From: Leptolyngbyaceae cyanobacterium | Lineage (GTDB): Bacteria; Cyanobacteriota; Cyanobacteriia; Phormidesmidales; Phormidesmidaceae | DNA length: 64,000 nucleotides | Reading direction: 5' to 3' | Assembly: GCA_965263355.1 (NCBI GenBank) | Contig: CBDHHL010000056.1 | Location: forward strand, 1,920,001-1,984,000 | The notes under the pieces: generated by a model | The model's database searches: none | What the model was told of the DNA's origin: nothing | The model's input: the letters and a program-made list of their open reading frames with translations, nothing else | In this document: one piece after another, positions 58,319 through 64,000 of the stretch | Layout: the number at the start of each line of letters is the position of its first letter | How positions within the stretch are numbered: the stretch's first letter is position 1 | Translations under genes and position numbers: made by a program

Positions 58319-59134
58319 TCATTGATCGGTATCAATCATTTTTTTGGTGTGCTTTGAGCAAATGGCAAAATCGGCTGCCTGGGGTCCCTCCGTGTTCACG
58401 TTCGTAGGATCTATCGGATAAATCAGTTGTCTCCATAATCTCAACTTACTGTTCTCACCTAGAGTAGATGGCCACTGGACTGACTGATATAAGGTGCCGT
58501 GAAGGCGATCCCACAGCTTAAAATTGGCACCATAATTACAGGCATGCGCAGCACTATGATGATGCCAGCCATGGTCCTGAGGCAACACTAACCAGGGCGA
58601 TAGCCAACCATACAATCGACTGTCTATGGCCGGACTAAACTGACTATGTCGCCACAGGTCTAAGGCTGCAGTCAAGCTAATACCCACAAGGTAAGCGTCA
58701 GGATCATCTAACACATAAATAAACAATCCGTGCACCCACAAGTACACAATCAAAAAACTACTCCACAGTGTATTGCGCGACGTGCCTAAGACATCCATGG
58801 TGCTCACTGTATGATGCACCTGATGGGCAAACCACCCCCAGCGACTGTGGAGAAATCGATGGTTCCAGTAGTAGAGATAGTCGACTGCAACAAAACTCAA
58901 CAGAAATGCTAAACCACCAGACAATAAAACACAATGGCTCCATCCAGGAAATAGTTGCTGATACAACCACTGCAGTAGGGTGAGCTGTAATAGGGGAATC
59001 AAGAGACCCTGAATCCATAGACCAGTACTGTCTAGAATCCAGTCCCTAAAAGGTTTTTGCACCAATTCTGACCAGCTTCGCCAGAGGGTGAGCCCCACAA
59101 GAAGAACAAAAGTACCAAAAACAACCATGGTCAT
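58319..59134 (-). CDS. Sterol desaturase/fatty acid hydroxylase family protein
   Basis: His boxes HRFLH, HQVHH, HGWHH; NYG...WDRLHGT. Confidence 0.9.
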   Translation of the reverse strand: MTMVVFGTFVLLVGLTLWRSWSELVQKPFRDWILDSTGLWIQGLLIPLLQLTLLQWLYQQLFPGWSHCVLLSGGLAFLLSFVAVDYLYYWNHRFLHSRWGWFAHQVHHTVSTMDVLGTSRNTLWSSFLIVYLWVHGLFIYVLDDPDAYLVGISLTAALDLWRHSQFSPAIDSRLYGWLSPWLVLPQDHGWHHHSAAHACNYGANFKLWDRLHGTLYQSVQWPSTLGENSKLRLWRQLIYPIDPTNVNTEGPQAADFAICSKHTKKMIDTDQ

Positions 59135-59142
59135 AATTTGGC

Positions 59143-60183
59143 CTATACCCAAAACATGACGTCAGCAGACTTGTCGGGCAAGGTGCGAGGATCCTTGCCT
59201 GCAGCAATGGCATCTCGAATGGATTCGACAAAAATGTGAATGGTGTCAGCTGGGGTGTGGTGAAAGTGAGTGCCGTATTTTGCGATCGCATCCCCCTGCA
59301 CTCCTAACGCCACAATATCTTGATCAATAATGCGTTGTGCCGTCCACCGCACCAGGGGTTTTGCTAGCCAATTCCATAGGCCATAGTTAAAGGTGACATC
59401 GGTATACACCAGCGTAGAAGTCTCTGTTTCTGGAATCGACTGACTGGTAATAAAACAGCGCCGATGAGGCCCCATGGTGTACTCTACACTCGTCACATTG
59501 GGCATATGAAAAGAGTCTCGATGGTAGATTTCATTACCCTGTGGGTTTAAAAACCAACGCGACCAGCCCAGGTTATTGGTCTCATTGCGATAGGTCGCTG
59601 TCACGGTGCCCCGGTGTCGAGTTACCGTCATCGCCAGCTGCTGTTGTCGCGCTGTGCGAAAGATGCCAGGATGCACCGAGACCGTATGGGGAATGTCGAT
59701 AAAGTTCTCAGCGCAGTTCGTCACACTATTAGCAAACCGATTGATTACCCGCACGGTTTCCCAACCCGGTGCTTGATAATGGGGCATGGCAAACGGCGGC
59801 ATATCCAATGTGCCCCGCAGCCTCACATACACATACCCATCTTGCTCGCAGGTGTCATAGGTTTTAGCACAGCGATTGGGGATAGGCGTAATCTGCGCTC
59901 CTTCAGCAGGGACATTGGTGACCTGCCCTGTCTGGTCATATTGCCAACCATGGTAGGGACATTGCAGTTGCCCTTGATTGACGTGCCCTCCAGACAGTCG
60001 CGTATTGCGATGGAGACAGCGATCCCGTAAGGCCACTGGCTGACCATTGGCACCGCGAAAAATCACCAGCCATTCATCTAGAACAGTGCGGTGCAAAACC
60101 GTTTTAGCATTGAGCTGGGCGCTAAGGGCAACGACATACCAAAAGTCTTCAAACTGAATTGGGATAGTGATCGGAGGTTCCAT
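59143..60183 (-). CDS. Rieske non-heme iron oxygenase
   Basis: CLH...CPYHGW Rieske motif; ENFIDIPH...VH iron site; distal D. Confidence 0.92.
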   Translation of the reverse strand: MEPPITIPIQFEDFWYVVALSAQLNAKTVLHRTVLDEWLVIFRGANGQPVALRDRCLHRNTRLSGGHVNQGQLQCPYHGWQYDQTGQVTNVPAEGAQITPIPNRCAKTYDTCEQDGYVYVRLRGTLDMPPFAMPHYQAPGWETVRVINRFANSVTNCAENFIDIPHTVSVHPGIFRTARQQQLAMTVTRHRGTVTATYRNETNNLGWSRWFLNPQGNEIYHRDSFHMPNVTSVEYTMGPHRRCFITSQSIPETETSTLVYTDVTFNYGLWNWLAKPLVRWTAQRIIDQDIVALGVQGDAIAKYGTHFHHTPADTIHIFVESIRDAIAAGKDPRTLPDKSADVMFWV

Positions 60184-60457
60184 AGGGACAAATTTCCAGG
60201 TCGCGGGTGACGTCAAGCTGACAGGCAAGGCGGGCATTAGGACAGTCTGGGGCCAGCAGGTCCAGCAGTTCTTGTTCATCGGTATCTGCTGGCGGAACGT
60301 CACCGGTAACCGTGACTAAACAGGTACCGCAGATGCCAGTGCGACAGCCAAATAGGATGGGAGAATTTTGGATGGTGAGAACGTCAGCCAGAGGCACGTG
60401 TGGGTTGAGGATCATGGCGGCATGATCGGTGTTAGGAAAAGAGATTTTACAGGACAT
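60149..60457 (-). CDS. 2Fe-2S ferredoxin
   Basis: CRTGICGTC...RLACQ. Confidence 0.92.
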   Translation of the reverse strand: MSCKISFPNTDHAAMILNPHVPLADVLTIQNSPILFGCRTGICGTCLVTVTGDVPPADTDEQELLDLLAPDCPNARLACQLDVTRDLEICPYGTSDHYPNSV

Positions 60458-60461
60458 TGCC

Positions 60462-61583
60462 TCATCCCCTCCGACTATGCTCAGGTGAAAGCCCAACGCC
60501 TTCTGCCTGGGGAGAAGGAGAGATAGCGCTTAGACGTTGTTTTTTGGATAAAGTAGGTTCGTTGTTCAAGGCCCCTCTCCCTAGTACGGACCACTTGGAA
60601 GGCACTAACCCATTCACATATCTGACATAGTGAGCGATGGGCGCATCTACTGGCAACAGTCGCTCGGTACTAAAGCGAATATTGTCGTAAATCATGCCAT
60701 CTTCACCGCGTAGAGCATAGTAGCTCAACCGTGTTAGCCACAACAGTAGATGAGTCATTATCCACCCAAGTAAACCTGGGCGTTTCTTGGTCACATAAAT
60801 CGGTTGAATCAATGTTTCTCTCATACCTGTCTCTTCTGAGACCATCGGTCGATAGGCATAGAGCATATGTAGTTCAGGCAGCCAACGCACCTCTTTCATC
60901 ATGGTAAGCAGCCCCAAACAGCCATGGGCATAGCGCATGGAATAGGCATAGCGGGGACCTAAAATGGCTCGACCTAATCGTTCTCGCCAGTTAGTATTGA
61001 GAAACTCGCCGCTGAGGGTAAAGTCAATTTGTTCCCCCTCTTGCTGCAGTGACAGTTCTAAGTCGACGGGCAAATGGTGGACTGTTTGCAGGTGCTGCAC
61101 ATCAATGCCATTAATCATACAAATGTGATGATGACACTTGCGAGTCAGGGGCTTGTCTGCAACCACCGCTAACTCATGGCCCTTGAGTTGATCAAAGTCT
61201 GCAACAGGCATCGGTGCCACCTGATCTGGGTAAATCCAAATAAACCCATACTTTTCTTCCGTGGCATAGGACGATAACGTCGCACTGGGGGGGATATGTT
61301 CCTGGCAGGGAATGTCCTGGCATTGGCCCTCTCCATCAAAGGCCCAGTGATGGAAAAAACAACGGACCTGGTTACCGTCAACCCTGCCGATGCCTAAGTC
61401 GGTGCCCATATGGGGGCAATAGGCGTCCAATGCCCGGACTTGACCATCCTCACCCCGGAATAGGGCAATGTGTTGACCACAAATGTCAAAGGATTTAACG
61501 GTTTCTTTAGGAATTTCTTTGGATGCTGCCACCAGGTACCATCCTTTAGCCACTATATCCCAATTGTTAAATAGTGTTGTCAT
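60462..61583 (-). CDS. Rieske non-heme iron oxygenase
   Basis: CPH...CFFHHW; NGIDVQH...VH; GED. Confidence 0.92.
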   Translation of the reverse strand: MTTLFNNWDIVAKGWYLVAASKEIPKETVKSFDICGQHIALFRGEDGQVRALDAYCPHMGTDLGIGRVDGNQVRCFFHHWAFDGEGQCQDIPCQEHIPPSATLSSYATEEKYGFIWIYPDQVAPMPVADFDQLKGHELAVVADKPLTRKCHHHICMINGIDVQHLQTVHHLPVDLELSLQQEGEQIDFTLSGEFLNTNWRERLGRAILGPRYAYSMRYAHGCLGLLTMMKEVRWLPELHMLYAYRPMVSEETGMRETLIQPIYVTKKRPGLLGWIMTHLLLWLTRLSYYALRGEDGMIYDNIRFSTERLLPVDAPIAHYVRYVNGLVPSKWSVLGRGALNNEPTLSKKQRLSAISPSPQAEGVGLSPEHSRRG

Positions 61584-62814
61584 GGGTTTTTTCCATATGT
61601 ACATTAATATTTCCGCCTGCGGCAGGTGATATTGGCGATACAGCGTCAAATTTTGCCAAAACCATATCTTGAAAAAATCTGCTCAAGGCTCTCTGCTGTA
61701 TCTGCAAATACTTATCAATCGAGGCCTTGCCCATAATTGCCATAGTGCGATTACTCGACCAGACGTAATCCAACGGTTCTAAATATGCTTGGTAAGATGA
61801 TCTGGCCTCTTGGTGGGTTTTATAGCTGCGGTGTAAGCCATCGGATTCTTGGGTAAAGCATGCCTGCATCATGTGTTTTGCGTCGGCCTCATCCATGGCA
61901 AAGATGTGCGATCGCAACAATTTATACACCCTGGAATACAATGCTGGATCGTGCCAAAAAATACCATTCACCGCCACTGAAAATTGCTGATGATCGTGCT
62001 GACACCCCCGAATGCCAAGATTAGCCACCAGAGTTTCAAACCGGGTGGGTTGGGGTAAACACTGAATCACTTCATGGGACAGTAGGGTGGAACTATTAAA
62101 GTGAAAACTCTCATCCATAAAGTGATAAAACGAGATTTTAGATGGAATAGGGGTATTTTCTGGATCGTCTTGGGTTTGATAGTAGCGACTGAGCTGATGC
62201 TGCACGAGTTTGCCATTGAGGGTACGCAGACCTCGGACAGTAAAATATTGACAAGCGAGAAAACTATTACAGGCTGAAATCAGTCCAAATGCCTGCAGCT
62301 GTAGTCTCTTCCACCATAGTTTAAGGGAATTTGTATCCCCAAAAATCATGGTTTCTGTAAAGGGTCCCCGCATGGGGTAGCTAAAGAGTCGCTGCCCCAA
62401 TAATGTTTGCTCCGTTTGTTCTGCCACAGTCTGAAATGCACTGATATGGGCCCGCTCTTGGGAAGATTCTAGATCCAGCATGTCGCAAACAGTCCGAAAC
62501 CCCTCGTGGGCATAGAGCGCAGCCGCACTGGTTTGGTTAAAAAAGATAGTGGCAATCTCAGCCGAGATAATTTGGCAGTAATAGGCCACCCAATAAAGCT
62601 GATTCAACACCGTTCGTTGGGACTCGCTGGATTGGTCCCACAGAGGGGTGCCGTACAGTAGTGAAAAAACCTCAGGGTTCCAATAGTGATCACGGCACTG
62701 GTCATAGCTAAATGCCTGACCAGCATTATCTAACAGCGTTGTATGGTCTTGCTGCTGATTGCGCCGATAGTTAATGTCTAGCCGACGTTGCAGCAGGGGA
62801 TTCTTGCTATCCAT
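61567..62814 (-). CDS. AurF/CylC-like dimetal-carboxylate enzyme (candidate halogenase or N-oxygenase)
   Basis: LNQLYW, AE, ESSQERAH, FLACQYFTVR, HFMDESFH motifs. Confidence 0.75.
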   Translation of the reverse strand: MDSKNPLLQRRLDINYRRNQQQDHTTLLDNAGQAFSYDQCRDHYWNPEVFSLLYGTPLWDQSSESQRTVLNQLYWVAYYCQIISAEIATIFFNQTSAAALYAHEGFRTVCDMLDLESSQERAHISAFQTVAEQTEQTLLGQRLFSYPMRGPFTETMIFGDTNSLKLWWKRLQLQAFGLISACNSFLACQYFTVRGLRTLNGKLVQHQLSRYYQTQDDPENTPIPSKISFYHFMDESFHFNSSTLLSHEVIQCLPQPTRFETLVANLGIRGCQHDHQQFSVAVNGIFWHDPALYSRVYKLLRSHIFAMDEADAKHMMQACFTQESDGLHRSYKTHQEARSSYQAYLEPLDYVWSSNRTMAIMGKASIDKYLQIQQRALSRFFQDMVLAKFDAVSPISPAAGGNINVHMEKTHDNTI

Positions 62815-63748
62815 AACTAGCAGCTTCCTCCGCACTTAGGGGTGTAAATAAATCTTGGCTTTCTAACTGGTGAACAATGTCATAATTAGTCTTGGTCATT
62901 AGGGATTTTAGGAGCTGCAGCCTCTGATGACTATGGCCGACGGTGTCTAACTGTTGCAAAATTTGCATGCGTTGAGGACGCGAGAGATGGCCTTTAGTGG
63001 TTGCGATCGCACTTAATACCCGCTGTGGTCCCACCCGCACCATCTGCAAAAAGGCAGCCAAACAGTCCACAATGGCAGTCTCACTATCGCAGGATAGCTC
63101 CGCCTGGTTAAACAAGATCACCCCCACTCCATGGTGCCGAGACTCTACCTGTAAAAAACTGTGAAACAACTCCCTCAGAGCAGCATCCGTACAGCTCCTG
63201 GCTAAGCTGCGATAATGGGTCAACCCCCACCCCTCTAGCACCACTTGCAATACAAATAGCAGCACAGTTTTGTCAGCACTCTCGACAATCTCGGACAGTA
63301 ACTGTAAGAATGGATCCTTGGGTGCAGCAGATACGCCATCTACTGCAAGATAGGGCAGGACATAGGGTTGCAGCTGGGCCAGATGAGTTGTTTCATCCGC
63401 CGTGAACAAACTGTATAACATTCGTTCTTGAGTGCTCTCGGCCATTAATACCATCTTGGCCATATAGCCCACACCAGCCTGCTCAATCCATAAAGATTCT
63501 TGTAACAGTAGCTGATTAAGTCGTTGTAAAATTTGTTGCTGCTCCAGAACAGTAGCTGCTTGAAAAATAGACACCCGATTTAAGGCGAAATAGTCTGCTG
63601 GCCAGTAGATAGGACATTCACCAGCCATAGACCTCCCAAGCAGATCTGGTTCTCCTAGGGCAGCCATCAAAACCCGATTGAGCTTGTTATCTGAGTCGAG
63701 GGTTGGCAAGTCAAAACCAGCTATTTGACCATGGTTTATTCCCATCAT
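62807..63748 (-). CDS. Ferritin-like di-iron protein
   Basis: E..WIE, DETTH, LEGWG..HY, ESRH; ATGA overlap with upstream gene. Confidence 0.85.
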   Translation of the reverse strand: MMGINHGQIAGFDLPTLDSDNKLNRVLMAALGEPDLLGRSMAGECPIYWPADYFALNRVSIFQAATVLEQQQILQRLNQLLLQESLWIEQAGVGYMAKMVLMAESTQERMLYSLFTADETTHLAQLQPYVLPYLAVDGVSAAPKDPFLQLLSEIVESADKTVLLFVLQVVLEGWGLTHYRSLARSCTDAALRELFHSFLQVESRHHGVGVILFNQAELSCDSETAIVDCLAAFLQMVRVGPQRVLSAIATTKGHLSRPQRMQILQQLDTVGHSHQRLQLLKSLMTKTNYDIVHQLESQDLFTPLSAEEAASYG

Positions 63749-64000
63749 GTCACACTCCTCCAGTCTCCCCAAGTCAATGCCTTTTGCCGATTGGTATGTT
63801 GGGCAAACTGCAAGATCGATTGGTCTGCTTTTAGGGGTGTTTTAAAATCAAACCGAATGCCTTGAAATACTTGAATATCTCCAGTTGCAAAGTAGGCAGC
63901 AACCTGTCGAGTAATCCATAGAACAACAGGATTAATTAGTTTGCCACTAAAGCGTTTTGGCGTGATTAATATAGTCCAGCCCTCGGTTCTGCCCCCTGCC
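63745..64000 (-). CDS. C-terminal fragment of a probable third Rieske oxygenase (runs off window)
   Basis: Frame AGGRTEGWTILITPKR...AYFATGDIQVFQGIRFDFKTPLKADQSI resembles the C-terminus of 60462-61583 (GED..IYDNIRF....L.VD.PI). Confidence 0.7.
   Translation of the reverse strand, partial: AGGRTEGWTILITPKRFSGKLINPVVLWITRQVAAYFATGDIQVFQGIRFDFKTPLKADQSILQFAQHTNRQKALTWGDWRSVT

Overview
Cyanobacterial chromosomal window, probably from a filamentous Leptolyngbya-like strain (more than 20 HIP1 GCGATCGC octamers, petN, phycobiliprotein-like genes). Most of it is housekeeping or accessory genes: pilB-pilT-pilC, thiE-thiS, a Pap-like V4R/phycobiliprotein-like/kinase operon, a sugar ABC transporter, clpP, petN, rsmB, malic enzyme, a CHASE2 adenylate cyclase, clpS and trm1. 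The standout is at 30.6-32.1 kb. A minus-strand tRNA-Arg(CCU) is split right after the anticodon by a 692-nt Azoarcus-type (IC3-like) group I intron. The intron carries a 153-aa Zn-finger/HNH endonuclease ORF on the antisense strand, inserted in P5. The same tRNA's 3' end is duplicated (33 bp) 709 bp downstream, bracketing a tiny integrase-less island with one XRE gene. The right end (55.9-64 kb) holds an orphan oxidative biosynthetic cluster: three Rieske oxygenases (one cut by the window edge), a CylC/AurF-like dimetal-carboxylate enzyme, a ferritin-like protein, a ferredoxin, a desaturase, an acyltransferase and a GH3 ligase. Also seen: a 5'-truncated CRY-DASH, Uma2 and histidine-kinase remnants, and several dispersed MITE/REP-like repeat families. 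Product calls rest on motif recognition by eye; no database searches were run.
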